In this document: positions 41,478 through 57,405 of the stretch, piece after piece
How positions within the stretch are numbered: position 1 is the stretch's first letter
Layout of the letters: the number at the start of each line of letters is the position of its first letter
Assembly (NCBI GenBank): GCA_964016885.1
Contig: OZ024743.1
Location: forward strand, 178,002,001-178,066,000
DNA: 64,000 nt
Reading direction: 5' to 3'
DNA from: Eledone cirrhosa
Taxonomy: Eukaryota
Notes under the pieces: model-generated
The model's input: the letters and a program-made list of their open reading frames with translations, nothing else
What the model was told of the DNA's origin: nothing
Database searches by the model: none
Translations under genes and position numbers: made by a program

Positions 41478-41922
41478 CAGGGTGGGGCATATATATAAGT
41501 GTGGGGGGGGGAAATAAGGCGTAATCTAAGAAGGTCCATGAGAAAAATGGCAGAAGAAGCAGAAACATCGTCGAGAACTATACGGAGGATATGTCGAGAT
41601 GATCTGGGGATGTCATCCTATAAGTTCCAAAAGAGGCAGCTTCTTACTGCAGCCACAATTGAAAAGAGGCTCTCCAGAAGTAAACTGTTATTGAACCGTA
41701 TCAAGGATGGCACTCTGCAAAACATCATCTTTACAGATGAGAATTTATTCACTGTGCAGCAGTCTCACATCATCAAAATGATCGAGTACTTGCAAGAACT
41801 CTCAAATCAATTCCTTCAAGAGTAGGAAAAGTGTCCAGAACACAGAAACCAGCATCAGTGATGGTTTGGACAGCCATTTCTTAAAGAGGGAAGTCTCCTC
41901 TGATTTTTGTACCTCAAGGGTT
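41478..41922 (+). mobile_element. Tc1/mariner-superfamily (maT/DD37D-like) transposase fragment with left end
   Basis: ta|cagggtggggcat; RRSMRKMA...SSRTIRRI...DLG..SYK; IIFTDE..FTV; SVMVW.AIS..GKSPLIFVP.G. Confidence 0.75.
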
Positions 41923-42333
41923 GACCACAGATAGTATAGAAATGCCTTATATAGGTTTAAACTGTTTCATAAGTATGAAATTATCAGGAATATATATATG
42001 TGTGTGTGTAAATATATATGAATGTGTCAGGATTTCGACGGCTGAGCTCTTGCCGTTCAACAGCTACTTCCAGATATATATATATATACATACTTATGTA
42101 TTTCTCTCTCTCGCTCTATATATGTGTGTGTGTGAGCATGCGTCCATATGTGTATGTATGTGTGTGTGTGTATGGATCCTGAGCTACCTATCTTTGACAC
42201 CGTCGTTACTGTGTATAATCAATAAAGACCTTAATGTGAAACCTCTCTTTGTTCTTAATATATACACTCTGCTCTAGCATAGAGTGTTTATTTTGGTACC
42301 TTCCTCAGTAAACCACGATTCTGCTGGACCACT

Positions 42334-42398
<65 letters not shown>

Positions 42399-42703
42399 TG
42401 AAACAAAATGAAAACGAAATTTCATTTCTCACTCTTAGTATGGCACTTACTTAAATGTAATTATGCATGTATACGTACATACATATATGTATACAGACGT
42501 ACAGTAGCATGCACATATATATATATATATATACATATATATATACATATGCATACAGGTACACATACATATATGCACGTATCAGTTTAGCGGCGCTTAT
42601 TATAACGTCGCTTTGTTCGTTTGTAAACAAACTGAACAGCCTGAATTTATGCCATACGGTGTTAAGGCAACCACGTCACCTTTTTGTTCAACACTAACAC
42701 AGG

Positions 42704-42748
42704 AACGATGTACTAGTTTCAAGCTTGTTAGCTATCATCAGCACCGTT
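42704..42748 (-). ncRNA. Minimal type I hammerhead, unit 1 (same motif at 43178-43222, 43652-43696, 44126-44170, 44600-44644)
   Basis: Minus strand: AACGGTG-CTGATGA-T AGC taacaa GCT T-GAAA-CTAG-TA-CATCGTT; 7-bp stem I, palindromic stem III, GUA site. Confidence 0.88.
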
Positions 42749-44994
42749 TACCCATCTGCCAGATAGTTGAACGTTCGAAAGTATGTACTTTCCTTATGAA
42801 AATTAACGGCTGAGCAGCCTAATTTGCACATTGAGTGAGTTAAATCGGTCAGGCATACCGAAAACGATAAATTGAAACAAAATGAAAACGAAATTTCATT
42901 TCTCACTCTTAGTATGGCACTTACTTAAATGTAATTATGCATGTATACGTACATACATATATGTATACAGACGTACAGTAGCATGCACATATATATATAT
43001 ATATATACATATATATATACATATGCATACAGGTACACATACATATATGCACGTATCAGTTTAGCGGCGCTTATTATAACGTCGCTTTGTTCGTTTGTAA
43101 ACAAACTGAACAGCCTGAATTTATGCCATACGGTGTTAAGGCAACCACGTCACCTTTTTGTTCAACACTAACACAGGAACGATGTACTAGTTTCAAGCTT
43201 GTTAGCTATCATCAGCACCGTTTACCCATCTGCCAGATAGTTGAACGTTCGAAAGTATGTACTTTCCTTATGAAAATTAACGGCTGAGCAGCCTAATTTG
43301 CACATTGAGTGAGTTAAATCGGTCAGGCATACCGAAAACGATAAATTGAAACAAAATGAAAACGAAATTTCATTTCTCACTCTTAGTATGGCACTTACTT
43401 AAATGTAATTATGCATGTATACGTACATACATATATGTATACAGACGTACAGTAGCATGCACATATATATATATATATATACATATATATATACATATGC
43501 ATACAGGTACACATACATATATGCACGTATCAGTTTAGCGGCGCTTATTATAACGTCGCTTTGTTCGTTTGTAAACAAACTGAACAGCCTGAATTTATGC
43601 CATACGGTGTTAAGGCAACCACGTCACCTTTTTGTTCAACACTAACACAGGAACGATGTACTAGTTTCAAGCTTGTTAGCTATCATCAGCACCGTTTACC
43701 CATCTGCCAGATAGTTGAACGTTCGAAAGTATGTACTTTCCTTATGAAAATTAACGGCTGAGCAGCCTAATTTGCACATTGAGTGAGTTAAATCGGTCAG
43801 GCATACCGAAAACGATAAATTGAAACAAAATGAAAACGAAATTTCATTTCTCACTCTTAGTATGGCACTTACTTAAATGTAATTATGCATGTATACGTAC
43901 ATACATATATGTATACAGACGTACAGTAGCATGCACATATATATATATATATATACATATATATATACATATGCATACAGGTACACATACATATATGCAC
44001 GTATCAGTTTAGCGGCGCTTATTATAACGTCGCTTTGTTCGTTTGTAAACAAACTGAACAGCCTGAATTTATGCCATACGGTGTTAAGGCAACCACGTCA
44101 CCTTTTTGTTCAACACTAACACAGGAACGATGTACTAGTTTCAAGCTTGTTAGCTATCATCAGCACCGTTTACCCATCTGCCAGATAGTTGAACGTTCGA
44201 AAGTATGTACTTTCCTTATGAAAATTAACGGCTGAGCAGCCTAATTTGCACATTGAGTGAGTTAAATCGGTCAGGCATACCGAAAACGATAAATTGAAAC
44301 AAAATGAAAACGAAATTTCATTTCTCACTCTTAGTATGGCACTTACTTAAATGTAATTATGCATGTATACGTACATACATATATGTATACAGACGTACAG
44401 TAGCATGCACATATATATATATATATATACATATATATATACATATGCATACAGGTACACATACATATATGCACGTATCAGTTTAGCGGCGCTTATTATA
44501 ACGTCGCTTTGTTCGTTTGTAAACAAACTGAACAGCCTGAATTTATGCCATACGGTGTTAAGGCAACCACGTCACCTTTTTGTTCAACACTAACACAGGA
44601 ACGATGTACTAGTTTCAAGCTTGTTAGCTATCATCAGCACCGTTTACCCATCTGCCAGCGACGTTATAATAAGCGCCGCTAAACTGATACGTGCATATAT
44701 GTATGTGTACCTGTATGCATATGTATATATATATGTATATATATATATATATATGTGCATGCTACTGTACGTCTGTATACATATATGTATGTACGTATAC
44801 ATGCATAATTACATTTAAGTAAGTGCCATACTAAGAGTGAGAAATGAAATTTCGTTTTCATTTTGTTTCAATTTATCGTTTTCGGTATGCCTGACCGATT
44901 TAACTCACTCAATGTGCAAATTAGGCTGCTCAGCCGTTAATTTTCATAAGGAAAGTACATACTTTCGAACGTTCAACTATCTGGCAGATGGGTA

Positions 44995-45039
44995 AACGGT
45001 GCTGATGATAGCTAACAAGCTTGAAACTAGTACATCGTT
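44995..45039 (+). ncRNA. Minimal type I hammerhead in the inverted part of the array
   Basis: aacggtg ctgatga tagc taacaa gctt gaaa ctag ta catcgtt, read directly on +. Confidence 0.88.
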
Positions 45040-45283
45040 CCTGTGTTAGTGTTGAACAAAAAGGTGACGTGGTTGCCTTAACACCGTATGGCATAAATTC
45101 AGGCTGTTCAGTTTGTTTACAAACGAACAAAGCGACGTTATAATAAGCGCCGCTAAACTGATACGTGCATATATGTATGTGTACCTGTATGCATATGTAT
45201 ATATATATGTATATATATATATATATATGTGCATGCTACTGTACGTCTGTATACATATATGTATGTACGTATACATGCATAAT

Positions 45284-45392
<109 letters not shown>

Positions 45393-45421
45393 GATATATA
45401 TATATATATACGATATATATA

Positions 45422-45878
45422 TACGATATTAACAAATGGAAACTATATTTATAAAACCATATCTATTTTATTATACATATTTCAAGGATACCATGTTAAA
45501 TTATGGTATGTTTTCATCAGACAAAATACAATATATACCAGTTTTATAAATAAATATTGACATACCCTTTCAAAATGCAACCGTTACTTTTGGAAGACAT
45601 CAGGGATGTCCCTGATGTCTTCCAAAAGTAACGGTTGCATTTTGAAAGGGTATGTCAATATTTATTTATAAAACTGGTATATATTGTATTTTGTCTGATG
45701 AAAACATACCATAATTTAACATGGTATCCTTGAAATATGTATAATAAAATAGATATGGTTTTATAAATATAGTTTCCATTTGTTAATATCGTATATTTAC
45801 TCCAAATACTTGTCGAGTGCTTTATATCAGTTATAAAAATATTTGCTTGTTGTATTCCAACAATTTAAATAGAACTTT

Positions 45879-45882
<4 letters not shown>
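45422..45882. mobile_element. Perfect fold-back (45422-45793, axis 45607/45608) of a PLE 3' end with hammerheads at 45464-45528 (-) and 45687-45751 (+), plus tail
   Basis: tattttgt-CTGATGA-AAAC ATACCAT..ATGGTAT CCTT-GAAA-TATGTA-TA-ataaaata; homologous to 16330-16555. Confidence 0.85.
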
Positions 45883-45948
<66 letters not shown>

Positions 45949-45970
45949 TGTGTGTTTATGTATGTGTTTG

Positions 45971-46002
<32 letters not shown>

Positions 46003-46152
46003 AATACGTGCATATATACTTAAACTCATACAGACATGTATTCATACATAAACACACGTGTGCGTGGATGTGGGTGTATACATAAACATGAAGATGATAT
46101 AAACGCATCAATTCCGTCGTAACTCTATAAACATTGATATATTACAGATGAC

Positions 46153-46218
<66 letters not shown>

Positions 46219-46258
46219 TGTGTGAGTGGGTGGGTGTGTGTGTGTATATGTATGTTTG

Positions 46259-46296
<38 letters not shown>

Positions 46297-46391
46297 TGAG
46301 AGAGAGAGAGACAGACAAAGGTATTAATGGAAAAATTATACTTTTTTCATTAAAAAAATATATATAAGCACATGCATACATACATACATAC

Positions 46392-46578
<187 letters not shown>

Positions 46579-46904
46579 TGTATACATGTATGTATGTATG
46601 TATTTATTAAAGTAAATTTAAGTATCCACTTACCATACAAACTAGAAATCACGATCCAAGTAAAGCGCCAGTTCCAACGTGGTATAATCATCATTATAGC
46701 TTTCGTTTTCTCACTTATTGCTAGTGTGGAGTTTCTACTTTTTTACTTTATACTTCTTTACTTATTCTTTTGTGTTGTTACATAGCATTGAAAATCAATT
46801 CCCTTTCGAAGAAGGGGCCCAATTCCCTAATTTAGTATGTGATCTACTGTGACTCGTTCTCCGCCCCAGCCTTAAAATTTCGGCCGCAAACCCGGGCTCT
46901 GTTC

Positions 46905-47410
46905 CCCGCAATGCAGAGGAGAGGAAGACAGTTAAATACCGATTCCTGACAGACCGCCCCCTATTTGTACCGGTCTTCGTCGAAACCACTTGTGTTCTTG
47001 GACCCCACAGATGAGAGGAAGATAGTTAAATACCGGGACCTGGTCGACTCCTTCCTATTTGTACTGGTCTCTGTTTATACCTCTGGTGTCCTTGATCCCC
47101 ACAGAGGAGAGAATGATAGTAAAATACTAGGGTGACGGGCCGCTTCCACTTTTTATCGGTTTTTATCAATACCCCTGGTGTCCTTGGTCCCTGCACTGTT
47201 GATTTCCTCCGTAAAATTGGAAAAGCAGCTACCTGCTTGAGGAAGGAGCCCCGTGATGCGGGGGTGGCTGCTACAGCGGGTGTCTCTGTATAATCAGTGC
47301 AATGTAATGTTACATCTATTATATAACTTGTGGAAGGAGCCCCATGAGACAGGGTGACTGCTGCAGCGGGTGTCACTGTATAATTAGTGCAATTTAATGT
47401 TACATCTAGT
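46905..47410. repeat. Degenerate tandem repeats (about 94-bp unit x3, then about 79-bp unit x2)
   Basis: cagaggagaggaagaYagttaaatac at about 46914, 47007 and 47101; ctgctRcagcgggtgtc.ctgtataat..gtgcaat.taatgttacatcta twice. Confidence 0.6.
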
Positions 47411-47649
47411 TTTTAACTTCCTGCTTTGGAGAGTACCGGCTATTTTCGGTATGTTTTCAATACGTGTTGCATTGTTTTTATTAAAGAAATCACATATTTT
47501 ATAATGTTATCATTTTATCATTTCATCATCCTATTATTTTGTAATTTTATTATTTTCACTTGTAAATCACTTTACTTACATTTGAATGTTTTTCTTATTT
47601 GTTTTTTATTTACTTTGCTTATTTGTTTCTTCAATAATGTTTAGTTTGA

Positions 47650-47925
47650 AACCTTTGTTGTTGCTGCTGTTGTTATTATAGTTGTAGTTGTTGTTACTAT
47701 TGTTGTTACTGTACTGTTGTCGTTATAGTTGTAGTTGTTGTTGTTGTTGTAGTTGTTACTGTTACTGTTGTTGTTGTAGTTCTGGTTACTGATGCTGCTA
47801 TTGGTGTTGTTGTAGTTGTTGTAGTTGTTGTAGCGGTTGTTGTTGTTGTTGTTGTTACTGCTGCTGTTGTAGTTATTGTAGTTGTCGTTACTGGTGTTGG
47901 TTGTTCTTATTGTTGTTGTTGTTTC
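47650..47925. repeat. (GTT)/(GTA) trinucleotide low-complexity tract
   Basis: Visible repeat. Confidence 0.9.
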
Positions 47926-48076
47926 CGTTTGATGATTCCTTCGTTCCAGAACCACACTGGCATTTCACCAAGTTTGGTAACTAATATAGACAACAACACA
48001 GTTGATGTTGTGATTGGCTCCTTAATAATTCCAATACAGAACATCACATGATAACAACAATTACAATACTAGTGTA

Positions 48077-48189
<113 letters not shown>

Positions 48190-48461
48190 TATGCTAAGAA
48201 GTAAGAAGTTGACGGACCCAGCATATGTATGAATGCGAAGACTGGTTGCATCTCAGCGTACTCAATAGGTAATGTTAAATATACTCCCAGAGTGTACGCA
48301 TAGTTATTCGCTTCAATACAACACACGTATATGTGTGAGTGTGTGAGTGTGTGTACATGTGTATATATATATGTGTGCGTGTGCGTGTGTTTGTGTACAT
48401 GTGTATATACGTGTGTGTTTGTCACTGTGTGTGTGCACGAGTATATGTGTATGTATACGTG

Positions 48462-48513
<52 letters not shown>

Positions 48514-48657
48514 CGGGTATGTATATTTGTATTTATATATGTGTATTTATATATATATGTGGAGGGGGTGTACACTTATATATATGTGTGTGTGAGAGTA
48601 ATAAGAAAAAAATAAAAACGAAGTTTCGTTCACTGAATCACATACAATATGTATGTA

Positions 48658-48734
<77 letters not shown>

Positions 48735-49986
48735 GTGTGTGTATGTATGAAGGTAGGTATGTGTTTATGTGTGTATGTATATATGCATGTATATACCTAT
48801 TTATCTATATAAGTATATATGTAGATATATATAGGTATATATGTATGTAAAAGGTAAACAGAAATAACAACACAATCGGTACAGTATATGGAAGGTATAT
48901 ATATATAGGTATATATGCATTTATGTATATAGATATATATGTATGTATTTATGTATGTACCTACGTATGTATATATAGGTATATATGTATGTATATAGGT
49001 AGGTAGGTAGGTATGTGTTTATGTATGTGTGTAAATATGTATGTATATACGTATTTATGTATATAGGTATATATGTAGATATGTATATGCGTATATATGA
49101 ATAAAGGTATATATGCATGCATGTATGTATGTATCTATGTATGTAGGTTGGTAGGTGGGTATGTGTTTGTGTATGTATATATGTATGTATATACGTATTT
49201 ATGTATATTGGTATATATGTAGATATGTATATACGTATTAATGTATATTTTGTAAATGGATCTCAACTGCATGTATTTCCGTTGTTCCCGTTCCAATATA
49301 AGAGCCACCTATTCATTGAATTGTAGTGTGAGTGTCTATCCATAGACACGTGCATCCTTAACGTAATTCTCAGACCCAATCAGCCTGATACTGATGTGTG
49401 ACAACAAAGCTGTTTCATTCAATTATACATACAAACCATCCAACTTATACCTTCCACCTATACAGTTTCATTCATAAAAGTTGGCTGGCTTCCGAGCTTA
49501 TAGTAAAACATACATGACCAACAGAAAACGCAGTTGGGACGAGCCCGACGCCTCTTCATTGTCAAGCTTCAACTTAAACATTTGACCACACACTCTCTCA
49601 CTCTCTCCCTCTATCTATCTATATATATCTTCCCAGACCAGGCCTGCGTTCGACCTTGTCTGCAAGACACGCCGTCGGATATCTTGTTATTGCCTCCTCC
49701 ATATTGAGGACGCCTTTGCATGTAAACTCCCCCCTTTGTACTTGTTCCACTTTTGATGCCCTGGTGGCAAATAAAAAGAAAATTATCTATATATATCTCC
49801 CCCTCTCGCACTTTCTATCTATCTATTTAGCTAGCTCCCTTTATTTTCTATATATGTGTGTGTGTTTGTAAGTGCATGTGTGTTCTATTGTACACACACA
49901 CACAAATATGAAAAATATACACGCTCTTACACTGAACTGATCCGTCACGCACACTCACATGCACATACACACACACAGAGATACAT

Positions 49987-50035
<49 letters not shown>

Positions 50036-50276
50036 CACCTGTACTCGCCCCCGTATCTACATACACTTAGCGCCAAACACACACGCAAGCCGGTATGCAA
50101 CGGTTATATGCGACAAAATCTATCTACTTCTATACTAAAACATGTATCGGGTGTTCTTTTGTGTATGGGGCGAGGGGGGTTATTTGTAGGAATAAACCCA
50201 ACGACCGAGTAGTAGTCACATACGGAAGCAATATAAACAGACAGATAGACTGGTGGGTGTATGGATGGATGGATAA

Positions 50277-50372
<96 letters not shown>

Positions 50373-50479
50373 TGTTTCTTTATTAGCCACAGGGGGACAA
50401 AAGAAGGGGACAAATACAAAGGGGGAAGTTTACATACAATAAAAACGTGTAAAATGTTATCACAGATAGAGAGAGAGAG

Positions 50480-50554
<75 letters not shown>

Positions 50555-50569
50555 GAGCAGATAGATATC

Positions 50570-51180
50570 TTTCTTTATTTGCCACAGGGGCGTACAAAAA
50601 GGGGACATTACAAGACGTGACGGCGGGGGGTTTTACATAAAAATAACTTTAACAATAATAAATAACAATAAACTATATATAATAAAATAACAATTGAAAT
50701 CCCCAATAGGGGGCAACGTTACTGCAGGGTTGTTTTACACCCCGTGGATAGAACAACCCTCAACACCAGGAACACGTTTTGTAGATGTTTCTGTCTTCCC
50801 TCTGTTTATCTTCCTCAAACTACAGGTTTATATACAGAGAAGGCCCATTCACTCGGGCCATTTTCGCCACATTCTCTCACCTTTCAGCGAATTTACTGGG
50901 GTATAGCACCTCTTTCTCCACTCTCACCTTCCTTCTGAAGTGGTTCTTAAAGTAGGGGTGAGTTGTTGTCCGGAGAGAAAGGTGTTTGCCCTCAGTCCTT
51001 TTAACCTTGTCCACCATATTACCTCTTTCGCCATAGCCACCAGACAGAGGAAGACCGCCTCTCCTTCGTTCTTAAATGAAGGCGGGGATGCGTCCCACAC
51101 GTGACAGCAGCTGTTCGATATAATTCCACTGGTCGGTCACCCCGGGCACTGAACAATTGCGGGCAGAACGGTTTCGTAGA
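50570..51180 (-). mobile_element. 3' fragment of an L1/Tx1-like LINE; related 3' piece in opposite orientation at about 52530-52880
   Basis: acacgtgacagcagctgttcga and ctctttcgccatagccacc match 28250-28385; gaaatcccca ataggggg is mirrored by cccctattggagatttc. Confidence 0.6.
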
Positions 51181-51479
51181 CAGACAGACAGACAGATAGA
51201 TAGAATGTTTGTGTTTGTTTTTTTCCTCCTCCTTTACCTCGTCCCGTTCCTCTTCCTCTACCTACCACTCATCTATACCCACCTTGCTACACTGTCCCTC
51301 TTTTCAATTAAATAAACACCTACTTTTCTACATCCTACCTAATTTACTCTTTACTACCTTATCTCGCTTTCTTTCTCTCTCTCTCCCTCTCTCTTTCCAT
51401 AGCGTTATTTTGTTCTCACTCACTCTTACTTTCTAAATATCTCTCTACCTACATCGCTCTATATATATATCTATCTACT

Positions 51480-51552
<73 letters not shown>

Positions 51553-51651
51553 TCTCTCTCTCGATATATATATATATATAAAAATTTATATTTGTTGAAT
51601 TACCAACAAATTGAATATCCCTTCTGCTTGCTTATATATATATATATATAT

Positions 51652-51908
51652 ATTAGTATTGGTGCTCTGAAATAGCGATGTATACATGAATGTATGTACA
51701 GTATATTTGGCAATATACTGTATGTTTAATTAAAAACACTTTGAAGACCATTCGCTATGAGTTTTAAAGTAGTGACTATGTCACTTACTTATTCTCGGCA
51801 AAAAAAAATCGGGTTTTTGCCGAGAATAAGTAAGTGACAGGGCGAATGATTTTCAAAATGTTTTTTTAATTAAACGTACAGTATACTGCCAAATATACTA
51901 TACATACA

Positions 51909-51913
<5 letters not shown>
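51652..51913. mobile_element. Short fold-back (axis about 51808); family also at 7733-7890 and 39203-39228
   Basis: tcacttacttattctcggcaaaaa / tttttgccgagaataagtaagtga; shared start attag.attg.tgctct.aaatagc next to (TA)n. Confidence 0.7.
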
Positions 51914-51943
<30 letters not shown>

Positions 51944-52122
51944 CGAAGGAGTTGTGGTAAGGAACCAGATGGACATAACGCACCAGAGTACTCAATACTT
52001 AGGGTAGTAGAGTGGGTAATAGGAAAATGTATGACCCCGACGGCCAGAGCTCAAGCCGTTTCGGCGGCTATTTACAGAAATAGCCGTCGAAACGGCTGAG
52101 CTCTGCCGTCGGGGTCATGCAT

Positions 52123-52203
<81 letters not shown>

Positions 52204-52488
52204 GAGAGAGAGAGAGAAATTTCTATCTATATTTCTATCGATATCTCCCAGTTTCACATTTCGAAATGTCCTTCGTTTTCTCTAGCTTACATTTTGTATT
52301 TTTCAATCTCTCCATCTATTTTCTATCGATCTGTCTATGTTTCTCTCACTTTTTCTCTCTATCTCTATCGATCAATCACTATCTATATTTCTCTCTCTCT
52401 CCCTCCCCCCCCCCCCCTTCTCGCTCTCTCTCTCTTTCTCTCTCTATCTATCTATGTATCTATCTATCTAAAAAGAAAGTTATCTATC

Positions 52489-52520
<32 letters not shown>

Positions 52521-53085
52521 CCTCAAATATCATTTTGGAAGAAGAATCAGGGTGGAGAGAGAGGTGCTGTACCCCAGCAAATTTTATAAAAGGTGGGTGA
52601 ATGTGGCAAAGATGGCCCGAGTGGCCTTCTCTCTATATAAGCCTGTATGTTGAGGAAAAAGAGGAAGAGAGGAAGGGAGTACTCACTCTTGGTGCTCCTG
52701 GAGATGAGGGTTGTACATTTGTTCGGTGTGTGTACAAACCCTGTGTAACGCATCCCCCCTATTGGAGATTTCAATTGTTATTTGTTATTTTATTAATGGT
52801 TTTATTTTCATATACCTCTTTCTAAACTCCCCATTTGTATTTGTCCCCTTCTTTTGTGCCCTAGTGGCTAATAAAGAAAGATATATGTCTATCTATATAT
52901 CCGTCTATCTATCCATCTATCTACCACCTATGCAGCAAATTTATGAAACATAAACGCAACATATTCACACCCTTACTTCATCCGCGCCCTCGTCAAAAAC
53001 TTGAACTCGGCCAGATAATGAGCAGAATAAGCAAAGCGACTGTAACTATAGACGACTAAAAAAGTGCTCCCTAATGAGAAATACA

Positions 53086-53139
<54 letters not shown>

Positions 53140-53299
53140 AGTGGAAGCATAGTAAAATCGAAGCTTTGGCTGTGGGCAAGCAAAGTCGACCTACAATAGG
53201 AATGAGTTAGCAAAGCACTCAATAAGGGTAGGTCCTTAGAGTAATAACATACGTTTAAATAGCTTGACAAATTGAACATTGCGGTAGGTAAAACCCAAC

Positions 53300-53339
<40 letters not shown>

Positions 53340-53719
53340 CACACACAAAGAAAGTGAGGTAAGAAACCAGGTACTCACCAGAGTACTTGATACTTAGGGT
53401 AGTAGAGTAGGTAAAAGGAAAAGAGTCAGGGCCCCGACGGCTGAGCTCCGGCCGTTTCGACATTTAGATCCGAACGCATATAGCTGTCCGTTCGGATCTA
53501 GCTGTCGAAGCAGCCGGTGCTCACCCATCGGGATCCTGACTCTTTGCCTATAAAAAATCATAAACTCGACTCTCACCGTTCCCCGCCTGCCGTCACTACC
53601 CATACTCATATCACCTCCAGCCTTAACCCCTCTATCCCGTCACCTACCACTGAATCTGCACACGCTTTGCCCAACCACCTTGACTCCTCCGCCTCCGCCT
53701 CTTTCACTCCCTCACGTCC

Positions 53720-53890
53720 CTGCACTGTAGTCACCATACCCCAGGACCTACCACTCTCCGAAGATTAGAGTTCCCTCCTCGCCCGTGGTTTACGTTTTAT
53801 ACCAACCACATCTACCTGCGACAAGTTCAACACACGTGCCGAGATTGAACGGTTCTACCGTCGATTAAAGCTGAAAGCTTTTTTTCACGA
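53720..53890 (+). pseudogene. N-terminal fragment of a Penelope-like (Neptune-type) ORF
   Basis: VVTIPQDLPLSED*SSLLARGLRFIPT....D......EIERFYRRLKLKAFF matches the typical PLE N-terminal LS..E..L.KGL.F.PT..F.R.LRL..FF pattern. Confidence 0.7.
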
Positions 53891-53957
53891 CATACCATCA
53901 TCGACACAGACGGATGACTTACATTTCTTCTTAGCTTTGTACGAACCTATAACACAC

Positions 53958-54065
<108 letters not shown>

Positions 54066-54286
54066 AACACATGCTCAAGTATAGCTCTTTTTACAAAAGG
54101 GTTTTTTTCCAGTTCAGGTAGACGCGCTCCATCATCCTCTTTTCTAAAAAACAAATCATACACAAAACGTCAGTACCAACAGTTTTGCAAGAGATGTCAA
54201 CATGAATGGACCTGTTATTTTTATCTAAAGACATTTTTCCAATTCCATCCCGCCCGTCCCCTCAATCTATTTTATTTCACATTCTT

Positions 54287-54322
54287 TCATCTGATGAAGG
54301 ACTAGTGTCCGAAACGTTAAGA
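54287..54322 (+). ncRNA. Minimal hammerhead downstream of the PLE relic
   Basis: tcat-CTGATGA-A-GGAC tagt GTCC-GAAA-CG-TT-aaga. Confidence 0.65.
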
Positions 54323-54382
54323 CCCTCTTCCTGCTATATCAAGCGTTAACCTAATATATACCTTCCATATACTGTACCGATT

Positions 54383-55259
<877 letters not shown>

Positions 55260-55264
<5 letters not shown>

Positions 55265-55997
55265 AAGGTATATATTGAGTTAGAAACTCAAAATAGTCTC
55301 TTACAATTAAATAGCTCAAGGAAAGAGATTTTTGCGAGTCGTATACTATAATTGAATATAAAAGAGTGAGATAAACACAGATATATACATATATGTGTTC
55401 AAATCGTAAGGGACCGGATTCGCTAGGGTGAAACAAATACTAACTATGAACAATAGGGTGTGCCAGACTCAATTTAAAAGAATAAATCAAGAAGATAAAT
55501 ACAAACCGATATTGGGATAACTACCAGACACTCAGACAGCTTTTGGTGAAACTGTTTCGCAATTTAAGTGAAGGGAATTACCAATTCTTTTGCTAATCAG
55601 TGGGTGTAAAATTAGTAAACTCTTCACTTCTGAGTATCTCAATAGTGTGCATATATAAAATTACGCACATGGCATCAGAACCTAGCGTGTCTCATAAACG
55701 TATAATACTACTAAAAATAGCAGCCAAATTTACTCGACATTTAAATTAGCTCAACAAATTGAAGGAGCAAAACATATCAAAGGTATACATTGAGTTAGAA
55801 ACACAAAATAGTCTCTTACAATTAAATAGCTCAAGGAAAGAGATTTTACCAAGCCGTACAGTTTCAAATTGAGTCTGGCACACCCTATTGTTCATAGTTA
55901 GTATTTTTTTCACCCTAGCGAAGCCGATCCCTTACGATTTGAACACATATATGTATATATACGTGTTTATCTCTCTCTTTTATATTTAATTATAGTA
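55260..55997. mobile_element. Partial-tandem plus inverted element between (TA)n
   Basis: 55260-55345 is repeated at 55775-55860; 55343-55477 is inverted at 55863-55997; terminal aaatagcagccaaat..agctc..aaggagca motif. Confidence 0.75.
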
Positions 55998-56019
55998 TAT
56001 ATATATATATATATATATA

Positions 56020-57405
56020 TATAAGAACAAAAGATGGTTAAAAGAGTTCCATGTATTTTATTATGCGCATTTCAAAAACAAATATCATCATGCAATAATA
56101 TTTGTGTTTTCATCAGATAAAACAGGAAGACATGATATGAAGGTTAAAAAAACACTTGTGGATAGTGCAGTTTTAAATCAACATATGAAAAGTAGTTTTA
56201 GATTGATGTGTGATATTGGGAAAAATATTTTATTTTGAGGGGGGGGGGCGAATGATGAAAAAGAGGAGGAGATGAGAGTAAAAAGTGGAGAAGGAGGAGT
56301 ATAATGAGGAAGGATGAGATAGGAGGAGAGATGGGTGATAGAGAGAGAGAGATAGCTTTTATAACTGAGAAAAAGATATTGTTTTACATAGAGAGGTTGA
56401 AAACCGTTGGAAGATAATGTATAAATTAAAAGAATTTGAAAATTTCCCTTTCTTCTCTTTTTCTTTTAATGTCTAACCCCTAATCTGTACCTTTTCTCAC
56501 TGTTGCCTAACATAGAAACAATTATTACATAATACAATACATTCTTACTCTATATCACCTTGTAAAAATCCTTCGTAAACATAAACATTTTTTTGACGTT
56601 AGATTATTCATCCTCAATTCATTATTTTTTCTCCCTTTCATCTAACTTATTCATGCTCATCTCACAATATATCCTTACTTTAATAATACATATCAACATT
56701 TTCTTTCCATCGCACATATTATTAAACCCTTAAATATTATTCTTAAAACATATTAACTTTTTCTTTACATCGCACATATTATTAAACCGTTAAATATTAT
56801 TCTTAATACATATTAACATTTTCTTTTCATCGCACATATTATTAAACCCTTCAATATACAAACCTTAACTTTACATTATTTTTCTCTCCGTTAATTTTCA
56901 AATTCTTTTAATTTATACATTATCTTCCAACGGTTTTCAACCTCTCTATGTAAAACAATATATTTTTCTCAGTTATAAAAGCTATCTCTCTCTCTCACCC
57001 ATCTCTTCTCCTATCTCATCCTTCCTCTTTATACTCCTCCCTCTCCACTTTTTACTCTCATCTCCTCCTCTTTTTCATCCTTTCCACCACCACCCCCTCA
57101 AAATAAAATATTTTTCCTAATATCACACATCAATCTAAAACTACTTTTCATATGTTGATTTAAAACTGCACTATCCACAAGTGTTTTTTTAACCTTCATA
57201 TCATGTCTTCCTGTTTTATCTGATGAAAACACAAATATTATTGCATGATGATATTTGTTTTTGAAATGCGCATAATAAAATACATGGAACTCTTTTAACC
57301 ATCTTTTGTTCTTATATATTATGTATACTCCAGTCCTACAAACTGTTGAGTGTTTCTTATCCGATATCTGCATTGCTTTATTGTACTACAATAAAACTCA
57401 CCTCC

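Noticed and set aside
42765-42800. Second, opposite-polarity hammerhead in the 474-bp unit (GAAA-GTATGTAC-TT)
   Set aside because: Resembles a stem III, but no CUGANGA or U3-A8 box with a matching stem I lies upstream, so a viroid-like ambisense pair is not supported.
42408-44593. Three repeated short ORFs (60, 76 and 66 aa) per 474-bp unit
   Set aside because: Overlapping, low-complexity and antisense to the ribozyme; no recognisable domain. Used only to confirm the period.
42393-44658. CRISPR array or simple satellite interpretation; also considered for 5365-5700
   Set aside because: No unique spacers, no cas genes and a eukaryotic context; the 32-bp array is a plain minisatellite.
55540-55612. 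Minus-strand CTGATTA-GCAA..TTGC-GAAA-CAGTT; also CTGAAGA motif at 36850-36880
   Set aside because: Core mismatch and/or no stem I pairing; at best decayed motifs, so not counted.
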